Source: Eledone cirrhosa (lineage: Eukaryota). From it: a DNA stretch of 64,000 nucleotides. Where the stretch lies: positions 3,162,001 to 3,226,000 of the forward strand of contig OZ024749.1 of NCBI GenBank assembly GCA_964016885.1. The letters are read 5' to 3'. The notes beneath the pieces were generated by a model. The model worked only from the letters and a program-made list of their open reading frames with translations. It was not told the DNA's origin and ran no database searches. The position numbers and the translations under genes are program-made. This document shows, one piece after another, positions 40,571-56,606 of this stretch; position 1 is the stretch's first letter, and each line of letters opens with the position of its first letter.

Positions 40571-40789
40571 CATATATGTGCTTCTGTTGTAGTACTACAC
40601 TATTTTTTATAAGATGAGGTTAGCTTAATGCACTTCATTCATTATAGAGACAATTATTCACTAATAATCTCCAGCTTCTTTGCAAATGTGATATTCTAGT
40701 TCTTACAGGAAAGTTCGTAGAGATGTATATGTGAATAATAATTACTTATCCTTGACTTTGTTAGTTTTTAATATATTAACAATACTGCG

Positions 40790-40930
40790 TTAGTTCTGAA
40801 CTAGTTGACACAACGGCCGGAACTCAGCCGTGGAGGTCCTGACTAGTTTTCTATTACCCACTCTACTACCCTAATTATCGAGTACCCTGGTGTGTTATTG
40901 TCCACCACTTTTCTTACCACACTTCCTTCG

Positions 40931-40932
<2 letters not shown>
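40790..40932 (+). mobile_element. Diverged FB1 copy without the inverted arm
   Basis: CTCAGCCGTGGAGGTC..TATTACCCACTCTACTACCCTAA..TTCCTTCGTT(AT)n. Confidence 0.7.
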
Positions 40933-40986
<54 letters not shown>

Positions 40987-40990
<4 letters not shown>

Positions 40991-41118
40991 TTTCTGAAGA
41001 CAGTATGTATATGTGAAGGTATGTATATTTCCTCTGATAATTTGTAATATTTTTACATAGATCGATATGATATACATAACAACACACATATACATCCTAG
41101 AAACGATCGTAAAATGAT
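40987..41118 (+). ncRNA. Hammerhead ribozyme motif with ~100-nt helix II domain, in a solo ~200-bp (TA)n-flanked unit
   Basis: ATCATTT-CTGAAGA-cAGtATGTATATGTG...CACATATACATcCTa-GAAA-CGATCG-TA-AAATGAT; perfect 7-bp helix I. Confidence 0.75.
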
Positions 41119-41173
41119 GATTTTTTTTAATATACGGAACTTGTTCTTTGTTTTTATTTCATTGTTTTTATTA

Positions 41174-41224
<51 letters not shown>

Positions 41225-41849
41225 CCTGATTAATTCTCTCGTGTGTTTTGCCTTCCGCAATTTTCAATTTGTCAAGCTCTTTAAACGTAGTGTTATTACT
41301 CTAAGGACCCATCCTTATCGAGTGCTATTAAATTCAATAAGGAGTAAGGTAACGTACCTAAGACACAAAAAATTGTACCTCAAAATAGTTCATGATACTG
41401 CAGCTTCGCCCTGAAGAAAAGTCCTAGTATTCTAACATACAGGACTACATGAACAGGACTCTTCAGGAAATCTTTTCATAAAACCAAATGGATTACGCGT
41501 GAAATATCGTAACCGATGTCCTCTTTAAACGGGGCTTACAGTTCACAAGAAGGGAAGTAATAAATGGACAGTTGGCAAGCAAACTTGGTCGCTAGAAATA
41601 GCAGTTCGTTTAGGTCTGTTTTACTCTACGTTGTAGTAATTGTGAAATAAATAATTGCTGATATATAACATACACTTGGCGTATATATGCCTATAAACTG
41701 TCCATTAATTAAAACATTTGCACACTGAAAGAATTAACTTGTCTTAGGTACTTTGCAGTCGCCTCCTTGGAGGAAAAATAAGTATACGAGTAAGTATGAA
41801 GAGTTGCTCAAGATGAAGTGTAGAGTGCATCGTAGTCTTCGTAGCTGCA

Positions 41850-42310
41850 AGATAAGAGGAGTTTCAGTCGCCTTTTGACTCCAACATTGCCAGTTTTCTG
41901 CATAAATTGTTTCGAGAAGAGTATGGGCTGTTATCTTCTGTCCAGTTCACACTCAGGACGACAAATGATTATTTAGTGACCCAGAGAACATTTTTTGCAG
42001 GTAGAGCGAACAGTGACTTTTGAAAGCACTCTGAAACCAAAGACTTGTTTGTCGACACCATTCCCATCAGACCAACCGAAAGTGTACTGGCAGGAACTCA
42101 TTCCATAGAAGAAGTCCAACTGATGGGAAAAAACGAAGTAGTGGTAAGTCATCTAGGATGAATGGTCTCTGGGCTGAAATTTTCAAATATGGAAGTGAAA
42201 ATCTACTTCTTCGTCTAACTAACTTAATCCTAAAATATTTGGGTTGAAGTGAATGTCACACATGACTGGACAGATTTACCAATGGTGGTCTATAAAAACA
42301 AAAGTGTATA
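41850..42310 (+). mobile_element. Old RTE-clade LINE fragment (RT N-terminal region)
   Basis: GKSSRMNGLWAEIFKYGSENLLLRLTNLILK / IWVEVNVTHDWTDLPMVVYKNK. Confidence 0.6.
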
Positions 42311-42791
42311 CATGGCCCTAGCAGAATTAATAAGCCATGACTTTCTGGTCAAGCGATAGCATTACTCGAAATCGAGTTGAAGCCATTATATATATATATA
42401 TACATATATATATATACTCTCTGTTTCTCCCCTTCTAACTTCCTCCCGTCCGCTACGAACCCGATTTTCCTTCTTTCTCACATCGGATTCACTAGCGAAA
42501 GGTCTGTTTCTTACTCGCTCATATATTCACCCAGCTCTACTGACAGAATAACCATGTTGCTTGTGTTTCTTACCATCTTCGGTTAGCTTTCTCCTGTGTT
42601 GTTTACTTGTCTCACTCGCTTTACGCGTTTCAATTGTCCCAATAACTTATTTTAGTTATTGTCGCACCAACGTGAGGTATATGATTTTTAATGCGATGAA
42701 ATACCAATGATCGTTGGCAAATTACTGATGAGGGACTCATTTTATAACATGTAATCCATGTGCAACCATGCAGTATTCTTCTCCCCATATT

Positions 42792-42837
<46 letters not shown>

Positions 42838-42894
42838 GAGAGAGAGATATTAAAACAATGAAATTAAACAAACAACGGTTAATTCATAGTAAAA

Positions 42895-43040
42895 CTCATT
42901 ATGTTACGATCGTTTCTGGGGGGGGGGGGGGTTCTCCGTATGTCCATTCAATTATTGATCTATGTATAATAAATTACAAAATATCTGAGTAAGAAAAAAT
43001 ACATACGTCTTCACTTCCCGCCGTCTTCAGAAATAATGAG
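42895..43040 (-). ncRNA. Hammerhead motif in left PLE repeat, core intact, long helix II domain
   Basis: Minus: CTCATTATTT-CTGAAGA-cGGCGGG...CCCCCCa-GAAA-CGATCG-TA-ACATAATGAG. Confidence 0.72.
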
Positions 43041-43482
43041 TTTTGTTTATTGAAGAATAAAAAAAAACAACGTACATATGAATAAGTAGCGTTTTATAAC
43101 CAGGTTGAGGTTGACCAGTAGTAAAAATAGGAAGAGGCAGTATAGATCCTTAAGTTGGTTGTAGTAGATGAATAAATAAGCAGGGGATGAGGTATCAAAT
43201 GACTTTTGTAACCAGAATATTACTACATAGAACCTGCTACAGCCGCTCACTCACCTCACCAGCACAATACAACATCCTACAACCAACTACCATCTCCCTC
43301 ATCCTTAATAGGGACTAAGAATTACATACACAATCTAACCAATAACTTCCAAAACAACCATGATTCTATTAACGCTATATCCAGTATAATTTCACTAACT
43401 AACATCAATTCGGGCCGCAACCACCCAACCGTAAACCCTTCTCTCCCAAATAAAAAGGTAAACACAAATACAAGCACTATTA

Positions 43483-43944
43483 TTGAGAATATGGATAGCA
43501 CATCTGAAACCCTATATGCAAAATTGTAGAATAAAATATAATTGCCCCTTAAACGGAAATTGCTTACTTAATAATATATTATATAAATGTGTAATCACCA
43601 CTAAAGACTCTAATCAATCCTATATTGGATCCACTTCTATTCCGTTTAAATCGAGATTTTATGCACACACCCACAGTTTCCGAAACACAAAATTAGCTAA
43701 TACCACTTCTTTAGCAGAAGCAGTTAATAATTGTAAAAAGAGGAATATTAAATATAACCTAACTTGGAAGATTCTTAAGAGAGCTATTTCTTATCAAGGC
43801 AATAGAAATTACTGTGGACTGTGTTCCCAAGAAATTTTTGAAATAACTAAATCGAAGGACACTCTATTAAATAAAAAACAAGAATTAATTATAGTATGTA
43901 ACCATAACATTGGAAGGACATTCAAATATTATAAATACAACTAA
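43483..43944 (+). pseudogene. PLE GIY-YIG endonuclease domain (C-terminal fragment)
   Basis: CPLNGNCL, NILYKC...SYIGST, FKSRFYAH, WKIL, CGLCSQE, LLNKKQEL..CNH. Confidence 0.88.
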
Positions 43945-44847
43945 AAAAATATAGAAAATGATATAGGAGAAAAACGTGTGAGTATCTGTGTGTGTGAATA
44001 TGTATATGTGTGTGTGTATGTGTATGCATAAGTGTATGCCTATATATATACGTGTGTATGTACATGTATATGTGTGTGTGTATATAGTATGTGTATGTGT
44101 GTGTGCATGTATATATGTGTATATATATGCGTGTGTATATATATATATATAGTTTCTGCTATTAGAATTAATCCATGGATTAAATCCTATATCTCATCCA
44201 TATAACTGTTTTAAGTAATTAACTATAATTTAGCACTATATATTACATTATTTTCAATAATCTAACAACATTTTTAACTGATATCCATTTAGACCTTCTT
44301 TAAAAAAAACAAAAAAAAACAGATTATAAATGTAGATTCTTATTCGAAAATATAATTCCCTACAGGGAAAACGTCATTCTAACCACTCTAACACAATACA
44401 CTACTTACACAAACTTTAGTTTTTTCTTACCTATATAATATTTTATCTATATTATATCTACATTTTACTTCCATTTGTTTTCATTTATATTCCTCTACTT
44501 AGTATATTATATATTTTTTAGAACAAATTATTCCTCACAACAAAGAAATAACTAACTTTTTAAGATTGTTCTACACCATTCTACTTGATGTAACCCACTA
44601 ATCTCAGTACCCCTTTCCCTCCAACCGTAATCTTCTTTGACCATCAACACTTTCATATACATTATGTCTAAATTCATTTACACTAGCAACTTTCATTTCT
44701 TTTCTTAAATGTCATTTGATACATCATCCCCTGCTTATTTATTCATCTACTACTACCAAATAAGGATCTATACTGCCCCTTCCTATTCTTACTATTGGTG
44801 AACCACAACCTGGTTATAAAACGTTACTTATTCACATTTTTATTTTT

Positions 44848-45006
44848 CGGACGCCATGCTTTGCAGCACAGTTACGTCCCTTTACGGACTCAGTTCAAAT
44901 CCCGCTGAGGTTAACTTTGCCTTTCATCCTTACGGGGTCGATAAAATAAAGTACCAGTAATGCACTGGGTATTTGCTGGCCTTGTGCCAAAAGTAGAAAC
45001 AATTAT
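44848..45006 (+). mobile_element. SINE, slightly 5'-truncated, inside the PLE repeat
   Basis: CGGACGCCATGC..GTTCAAATCCCG..GTAGAAACAATTAT. Confidence 0.88.
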
Positions 45007-45036
45007 TTTTTTTTTTGTATTCTTCAATAAACAAAA

Positions 45037-45177
45037 CTCATTATTTCCGAAGACGGCGGGTAGTGAAGCCGTATGTATTTTTTGTTACTATGGTATTTTG
45101 TAATTTATTTTACATAGATCAATAATTGAATGGAAATACGGGGAAATACCCTCCAGACACGATAGTAAAATAATGAG
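45037..45177 (+). ncRNA. Mutated hammerhead motif in right PLE repeat
   Basis: CTCATTATTT-CCGAAGA...GACA-CGATAG-TA-AAATAATGAG. Confidence 0.55.
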
Positions 45178-45349
45178 TTTTACTATGAATTAACTGTTTT
45201 TTGTTTAATTTCATTGTTTTAATATTTCTATTTTTGAATTATATCGTTGAAAATTTTGTGTTTTAAACTTTGCTTCACGCCAATTTCTACATACGGATTA
45301 CATTGAGTTCTTCATACGGTTTAGATCCTATCATTGATTGGTAGATTTA

Positions 45350-47960
<2,611 letters not shown>

Positions 47961-48218
47961 AGGGGTGTAACTAGGAGTTACTGCAGGTTCAACCGGGAGA
48001 GCACTCGATGTTTAACACTCGATGTTTACCACATAGCATGTATTTCATTTTCTTATAGCATTTTAAGAGGGTCCGTCGAGCTGCGGATTATTGAGTCGGG
48101 TAGGATCGATATAGATCGAACCTTGAGCTGATCAGTGGCGAAACGCGCGTCACCTATCAATAAATGCAATGAAGGAATAATCAATCGTCCTTTTTATCCT
48201 TTCTCTCTCTCTATATAT

Positions 48219-50255
48219 AGTAATAATAATAAATGTGAAGACTAAAATCCAAAGAGGGTTCGATAAGGATAAATATATATCAAATATATAAGAACTCTAG
48301 AGTAAATATTTATTAAAATAACAGATTAAAGTTTAAGAAATAATCGCTGCGTTCACCTTTAACGGGATCTTCTGAAAGTAAAAAATCAATCTGTGAACGC
48401 AGAATTAATATTTCGAAAACGTTGCAACCGAAGGAAAACAGGAAGACGATGCCTTGATTCGTGAAGACGTTCCCTGGCCATGAACGGAAAATGCAAAGAT
48501 AACTACGTCGTTATGTGGAGCGATGAGAACAAATACACGCAAAGACAAAACCACGTTCATGGTATAAATGAAGTCGTAGACTAATATTCTTTTTAGGAAA
48601 CCGAATGATTCTTCGCTTCAGAGTTAAGAATAATTGTTTCTACTTTAGGCACAAGGTCAGCAATTACCCAGTACATTACTGGTACTTTATTTTATCGACC
48701 CCGTAAGGATGAAAGGCAAAGTCAACCTCGGCGGGATTTGAACTCGGATCGTAAAGGGACGTAACTATGCTGGAAAGCATGTCGTCCGACCCTCTACCGC
48801 TACTGCCAATCCACCGCCAGAGCTAAGAATAATGTAAATAAATTAGTAGAACGAAAATGACAGAGGTTATTATAATCATAAAAGTAATAATAACTAAATA
48901 TATACATATACACATGTAGTAGGTACATACAAGTACATACGCGAAAACACCCGCCGTGCATGCATATACATTCGCACGTACACATAAACACGCGCACACA
49001 TACACAAACCTGCGCGACATATGTACCCGCGCACATACGAACGTATGCACCGCATATACATAAAAAATATCTATGTGCGTGTGTATACATATAATTATAT
49101 AAACGTATATCAATATACACATATCAATACGTATATAGCGCACGCACACACACACCTACTAGTAAATACACATATCTTCACCAAACGTACGTCAAACAAA
49201 ACACAACGTACACATATACACACCTTACACACGTGCAAACAAGCATACACGCATGCACACACAAATACAAAATACATATATACACATAACCATATACACA
49301 TATACCACTATATATAATATAATATATACACCTATAACAAATACATGCATATATACTTACTAGAAAGTATATGTACCTTCAAAAAATATACGGGTAAGGT
49401 ATCCTTACCTATAGAAATAAGTAATGGTAATTAACATAAAATATACTTAGCTACCACATCAAGCCGTAAATTATCCGCGTACTTTTCGTACTATCCGTTA
49501 GGGTATAATGTGTGGCTGTAATACAGGAAAGTTTTATGCAATTTGTGTTTACACGCCGAAATTGCCTCAGATTTTTTGTTTAAGATGTGGTTATTTGCGT
49601 AGAGTTTTTCTAGGGCTTCAGCGGCGCAAAGGTCGCATGGTCTTTTATTTCCGTTATAAGATATAGCTCTAGCTAGGATCTCCCAGTGTAACCTATATTG
49701 GGTGTGGTTGTCTTTTAGACTCCAGATATAAGTGAAAGTGACGTCATATTCCTTCTTAAATGATTAAGAAAAGAATGGGTGTGCATGTAAAGACGCTGCT
49801 TCAATCTATTGGCGGTTACTCTATATAGGCCCTACGGGACGTGGGTGTTTCGAACTTACATTTGTAGACAATTTACTGGAGAGGCATTTCCCGGTTAGGG
49901 GGCAGTCAGCCCGAGACCTACAATTACAGTTAGTACTAGCTACAGGGTTGGACGTGTTACTATGGCTAGGTAATTTAGCAAAATTTGAAGCAGTGATGTT
50001 ATGTGCAAGTATTGGAGTCGTAGAGTAAGATATTTTAATGGTATTTCTATGAAAAAAATTATTATGTTTATGTGCTGAAGGGAAATTCTTCTTAATAAAG
50101 GAGAGAATGTTCTTAGCTAATGGTGTGGCCACCTCCATATTATATGGTTGGTTATACCATATAATGCGTCGGGTTCTATTTTTCCTGGTCTATGCTCATA
50201 CTTAGTTTATGCTACTTTATGCACAAATCCACTCTGGGCAAGAGCCTTATTGTAA
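48219..50255 (-). mobile_element. Second copy of the same Penelope-like family, opposite orientation, frameshifted
   Basis: MEVATPLAK..IKISYSTTP..CNCRSRADCPLTGKCL; colinear with 45860-47890 including the TG-rich 3' UTR. Confidence 0.92.
48631..48817 (-). mobile_element. SINE, full length, inside PLE 3' region
   Basis: Family motifs; TSD CAGAGYTAAGAATAAT. Confidence 0.9.
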
Positions 50256-50893
50256 CAAATGTGTTATGGCGCATAGACAATATTGCTGCATACATTTTAT
50301 ATTGCTTTGAAAGTGTTAGAGGGACATATCAAACAGAGATATCAATATGGTCATTTACGTGAACATTCAAGATAAACTTTCAATTGTTGAAACATTGTAT
50401 CTGAAGTGTTTCCTATTATACATTTAGTTGTTTACCTATCTACACACACACACACACACATACAACAAACACACGCACACACACAAACACGCCCCCCCCC
50501 CCATATATATATATATATATATCCCCCTGTCTTAATATATATATATATAACAGAAATTGTTTAGAGAGGGAGAGAGAGAAAAAAAGAAAGAAGTGTGATA
50601 TCTGGATACTTACTCTGTGTAAAATCATATGCATGTATTTATCACTGAGAGTAGTTTGAAATATATATTTGCATAGTTCGCTCAGAAAGCTGGCCCTGTG
50701 TGGTTTAACACTACAAATCACAGTTCTTCTCAAACAGAATAATTATGGATAACATTTCGGTGCTTTGTACAGACAATGCCCACAACATATCCACACAAGT
50801 AACACACACACACGTGTGTGTGTGTAGGGGGAGTATGTGTGTATATCCGTGTTAGTGTGTGTATATATATATGTATACACACACACACAAATA

Positions 50894-50959
<66 letters not shown>

Positions 50960-51739
50960 GACACACACACACACACACACATATATATATGCATGGAAAC
51001 GCATAGACTCGGACTAGAATGCAGATATTCACTGTCAATAATTTTTAATATAAATCATGCTGTGATGTTCATAGAAACAACCAATGACAGATTTGACCGT
51101 GGAAAATAGATATATAATGTTTAATTCATTTGCCCGTCTGCACATGGCGTTCAACTACGATTTCAGTAATATTTGCACGCAACATTTAGCTTCAAATATT
51201 CTGCGGCCTGAACTCTATCTGGAAAGCTATCAAGAAAAACAGCGACTGCTGGTCATTGCCAACTTCTCGTGATCAAAGACGGACAAGTCGTATTCAACGT
51301 ACTGAAGGCACTGTAATAGCATTACTGTTGTTAAGGCGGCGTTCTCTTAGAAATGATACTGCGTAGAGTAAAAGTATTCGGTATATTTTAACTTCTATAT
51401 TGCGATTTAGATTCAGGCTGTACTCTAATATTATATACTTCGTCACAGATATAAATATCGAAGTATGAGGAAAAATTCGACACTCCTGTGGGGCTCTTTT
51501 TATAGCATGGTTACGAATCGCTGCATCATTGTGCTCGAACATTTTAGGATAAAATCTATGTGAAAAGCTGTCCGAGTAGTGTCTCTTTTCTCGTGATGTG
51601 GAGGTAATCTCATTGCCTTGTTTGATGGCCTCATATCTCGAATTGGATCATTAAAATCCTGTTACATTTCAAACATTTGGAGTACTGCGTTGTTTTGAAT
51701 CCAACATTCCACCTTTCTCAGATGTTTTGGATATAATAT

Positions 51740-52365
51740 CTCTACATCCGGGGTGGGTAAAATTGCCGACATCCATGGGCGAGTTGTCTCCAGCGGTCTC
51801 TGTCCCTCATTATTGCTGCCAAGGGCGGTGAATTGGCAGTATCGATAGACGGTTGGACGCCATGCTTTCTTGCATAGTTACGTCCCTTTGCAGTCTGAGT
51901 TCAAATCCCGCCGAGTTTAACTTTGCCTTTCATCCTTACGGGGTCGATAAAATAAAGTACCATTAATGTACTGGGTAATTTCTGGCCTTGTGCCTAAAGT
52001 AGAAACAATTATTCCTGCCATGTCATGCGTCTCCAACATACCAGTATCTGTCCTCAGGGCATCAACATATGTTAACTTCGGTCTTCCTCTTCCAGTGTGT
52101 CCATGCAGGGGCTCCCAGAGGAGCACTGAGAGGAGTGTCAACTTTGGATCTCGGTGAGCATGTCCAGCTAACCTCAGTCACCTCTGTGTCTCTTTTGAGC
52201 TGACCTTTGGGAGGCTCCCGTACAGCTCTGAGTTCTTCATCCTCAGTTCAATGTTCAGAGCCATCCTCAGCATTCTCGTGTAGCACCCATCCACCATTAG
52301 AGTGAGTATCTTGGTCAGCGTCCAACTCTCAGACCCGTACGGCAGCACAGACTCCACTACAACAT
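51740..52365 (-). mobile_element. RTE-clade LINE 3' fragment split by a SINE
   Basis: VESVLPYGSESWTL..DGCYTRMLRMALNI, GRGRPKLTYVD; continues past the SINE as AAIMRDRDRWRQL. Confidence 0.85.
51822..52010 (+). mobile_element. SINE, full length
   Basis: Family motifs; TSD ATTATTSCTGCCA. Confidence 0.9.
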
Positions 52366-53189
52366 AATGCAACGAACATTTATATTGTTATGATTCTTCC
52401 CGCCATGTTGTTTTAATGAAGGCTGAATCGATTTAGATGGCGAAATTAACGGTCATGTTTTCGAAATAAAGAATAAATAAAATTAAAAGAGAGAAATCTA
52501 AATAGCCGACAATTCCTTGTAGACATACGATGTGTTAACGTCACCACTTATTAACTAAAACTGATTAATGGACTTCTATATCAGTAGCTGGAGAAGCACG
52601 CTGGCGGGGACATCATCGTCTTTAGCTAGAGTGACGATCCAGTTAAGACGATATTGGTGGGTGTCTTAACGGATCTAGTGCTAGATAAAGTCAGATCCGA
52701 TGTTACAACCCTGCTGACCAGTTTTAATAAGGGATAGAGAATGTGTAGACCACAATTTATTATTTCCTCATCACTGTCTCTTAGCCCATACATCTTGAGA
52801 TCATATAGATCAAGATCTTCTGTAGTAAGTCTAAGGCATGCTGAAGATGACTAATCTTACGTTTCTTCTGGTATTAATTGCGACAAAGGAGTAGATGGGA
52901 TCAACATTAAATTATACAGATTCGTCCTCGCTAAAGTTTACATTTCAAAAATTATTTAATTACTTTATTGAAATACCAACCTCCTAGGTGTACAGCCATC
53001 ACAGTTACACGTACAATATTTACAATTTGCGTTGTATTTCATTACATATATTCTATCCTTGTGGGTCAGAAACTAAATATGTGGTGATCGAACATGATTC
53101 AATTAATCGATTGTTTCCATAATCGACGTACCCCCAAAGAAATTGCTGGCCTTGAGCCTATAGTAGAAATTATTATTATTAACATTATT

Positions 53190-53489
53190 ATTCTTTGAGT
53201 CTCAGTCATTGATGTGATTTAACTGGAAAGTTTGTTGAAATGAATATCAAGCCGCTACCTGCAGCTTTATATATTCAGGACGTATCGGAGGGTTCTTGCT
53301 GTTCTCAGCAAGCATGCCTTTGAAGCGTTCCAAAAAGCGTGAAGGGGCAAATTTTCTTTAACCATCCCTGGAAACTTTTTGAGATAGTCCCTAGTGCGCC
53401 TATGACAATCGGGATCACTTTGACTTCATGGTAGTTGCAAATCCTTTTTACCTCCCATTTTAAGTCCTGGTATCGGTTAATTTTCTCCC
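53190..53489 (-). mobile_element. R4/Dong family B short 3' fragment
   Basis: REKINRYQDLKWEVK..PIVIGALG; same 3' UTR as 3450-3530; (TAA)n flanks. Confidence 0.88.
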
Positions 53490-53513
53490 TTATTATTATT
53501 ATTATTATTATTA

Positions 53514-53545
<32 letters not shown>

Positions 53546-53924
53546 GTTATTATTATTATTGTTGTTGTTGTTATTTGTTATTTTCATTATTTAAAGCTGT
53601 GAAATTTGCTGTTAATTATCAAATCAATGAAAAGTAGGAGACATTGGTTAAAATTAAATCTGTATTTCTTTCCTCGTTTGGTTAACAATTAAATTTATTA
53701 TCCAGACAATACACCTGCAAAATATTTACACTGGTACTCCTTGATATGTATTGCCATCATCTGTTGGTTCTCCATCGCTTATGATGGTGAGCATTCAGTT
53801 ATTCGATCAATTATGCTACCGATGTGTGACATTGTGTGTTAAATGGCTGAATATACACATACACTTAACGTCAATTCTCAGACCAAAATAGTGTAACAAT
53901 TCACATCAGTATTCACATCATGCC

Positions 53925-54230
53925 AAATTGGACTTAGTGGTTAGGGTGTGTGACTCATGATCGTAGGTTTGTGAGTTCGATTCACAGTGCGTGTTGTCTC
54001 CTTGTGTCAAGCATATATTTCACATTTCACCACTCCTCTTAACTGACATAATTGTGTTGTACCTGTAATGTAAAGTGCCAGGCCATATTGCACATTCTAT
54101 CACACTAAATCTATGTTGTGGGTACATATCTGTGGAATGCTCAGTCCATTGAACGTTAATTTTACATGGTATGTGTTCCTGTTCTCGATGGAGTTGAACA
54201 CTTAAAGTCGGAACCGATGGAGGTCCAAGG
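53925..54230 (+). mobile_element. Old tRNA-derived SINE of a second family
   Basis: TGGACTTAGTGGTTAG (A box), GAGTTCGATTC (B box), TGTTGTCTCCTTG..CAAG body. Confidence 0.55.
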
Positions 54231-54851
54231 GATATTTAGTTCAAGTTTATTACGAGCGACGGGGAAAATCTTAAACCATGGGTCGGCTCTCGATTAAGAT
54301 GATACCAATCAGTTATTTGTTCAATTATATCACATGTTAAATTATGGTTAAGCAATTAAGAAGTTCAGAAATAGCGTTTCCTTGACGTAAATCCACAGTT
54401 TGATATATAAATCTGCGAATCAGTCATACAGACAGGTTGAGCAACACTGATAAAATAAATATTATGGCTGGTGGGAGCTCCATTCTTTTTGATGGGAGCA
54501 TTCCATTTGTTCTATAATTTATATTACGTCCTCGTTAAGTTACAGTGTAAATAGCTGGGAATTCTACAGACACGCGTTTCCCTAATGGACATTTTCAATT
54601 CGAATGAGCCGGAAACAATACGCATATTTAACAAAGTCCTTCATGTTGCACTTGCGGTTTAATGCAAGAAACATCACACGATTCTTTTGTTGCATGTATT
54701 ATACAAACTACACGATAACATTAAATTGTAATGTTTGGGTGTTCCAAAGACAGACTTGTGAGCCGATAATGTTTGTGATAATAATCCACAGAAATACATC
54801 ACTGGTTTTATGATAAAGAGCTGATTGTTTTAGAAGTTTATATTCATTAAT

Positions 54852-55008
54852 GGCGGTGAATTGGCAGAGTAATTAGAACGCCATGCAGAATGCTTCATGG
54901 GGTTATTTCCGGCTCTTTGCTTTCTGAGTTCAAATCCCACTGAGGTCAACTTTGCCTTTCACTTTTGAGGTCAATAAAAAAAAAGTACCAGTCAAGTACA
55001 GGGGTCGA
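54852..55008 (+). mobile_element. Diverged SINE subfamily copy
   Basis: GGCGGTGAATTGGCAGA..GAGTTCAAATCCC..GCCTTTC..AAGTACCAGT. Confidence 0.8.
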
Positions 55009-55621
55009 TTCATCCTCTATATCTCTTTATCATTTACTCTCTCACACTTTCTATCTTTCTCTGTAATAAATCTGCTGTTCTCAGGCTTTGAGCGGGATGG
55101 ATTCCGCCAGGCTTAAAATGCCCAAGAAACGCCGCACCTCAATCCGGTACTCCTACAATTTTGTCAGGAGTTACGGCACCATACTATATTCATCTAAAAC
55201 CTTCCATAGTATCGTGTCAGCAAGTGTGTTAATTTAATCTGCAATTCCCTAAATTAATAATGCATAATTTAGTTATATTACTAAATACCTTTAAATTCGG
55301 GAATATATCCAAAATGATGTTAACATCATAACCAGTGTCTTTCGTTAGAAATACTGTAACGAAATCTTTAACGTAATTAACGTGATTCATTAGTGTGACA
55401 ACATACTTAATTACAACGTAACCAATCCTTCTCGGTGTCGACGACGAGCAGCCTATACCTAGCCTGTGTTAGGTTGACTATGTCAGAGATATGCAAACCA
55501 TTAATGTAATTCTTAGGACACAATATAGCGTAAAATATATCAACAAAAACGTTAACAAAAGTAAGAAAGCATTCAATGATGTGAACATCAAACAACAATA
55601 ATATGAACAATACCGATGACC

Positions 55622-56606
55622 TCAACAACATCAGCAACAATAACAACATCGACTCCAATAACAACATCAGCAACAATAACAACATCGACTCCAATAACAA
55701 CATCAGCAACAATAACAACATCGACTCCAATAACAACATCAACAACAATAACAACATCGACTCCAATAACAACATCAGCAACAATAACAACATCGACTCC
55801 AATAACAACATCAACAACAATAACAACATCGACTCCAATAACAACATCAACAACAATAACAACATCAACAACAATAACAACATCAACAACAATAACAACA
55901 TCGACTCCAATAACAACATCAACAACAATAACAACATCGACTCCAATAACGACATCAACAACAATAACAACATCGACTCCAATAACAACATCAACAACAA
56001 TAACAACATCGACTCCAATAACAACATGGACTCCAATAACGACATCAACAACAATAACAACATCGACTCCAATAACAACATCAACAACAATAACAGCATC
56101 GACTCCAATAACAACATCGACTCCAATAACGACATCAACAACAATAACAACATCGACTCCAATAACAACATCAACAACAATAACAACATCAGCAATAATA
56201 ACAACATCGACTCCAATAACAACATCAACAACAATAACAACATCAACAACAATAACAACATCGACTCCAATAACAACATCAACAACAATAACAACATCGA
56301 CTCCAATAACAACATCAACAACAATAACAACATCAGCAAATATAACAACATCGACTCCAATAACAACATCAACAACAATAACAACATCGACTCCAATAAC
56401 AACATCATCAACAATAACAACATCGACTCCAATAACAACATCAGCAAATATAACAACAACAGCAACAGCAGCATCGGCAACAGCAACAACAACAACAACA
56501 ACATCAATAGCAACAACAACAACAGTAACACCAACATTAACAACAACATCAACAGCTATAACAACAAGAACAATAACAACATCGACAATAACAACAACAA
56601 CAATAA
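55622..56606. repeat. ~1-kb AAC-derived 18-bp minisatellite
   Basis: AATAACAACATC + GACTCC / AACAAC / AGCAAC, decaying into (AAC)n. Confidence 0.95.

Larger units (their letters stand above)
42848..45226 (+). mobile_element. 5'-truncated Penelope-like element with inverted terminal repeats (42848-43203 / 44711-45226)
   Basis: GIY-YIG ORF between ~350-bp inverted repeats that each carry an HHR; right repeat interrupted by a SINE. Confidence 0.88.

Noticed and set aside
41410-41472. CTGAAGA...GAAA hairpin
   Set aside because: Core is sequestered by its own complement and no helix I or III closes
55622-56450. CRISPR-like array
   Set aside because: No unique spacers, no cas genes, eukaryotic context
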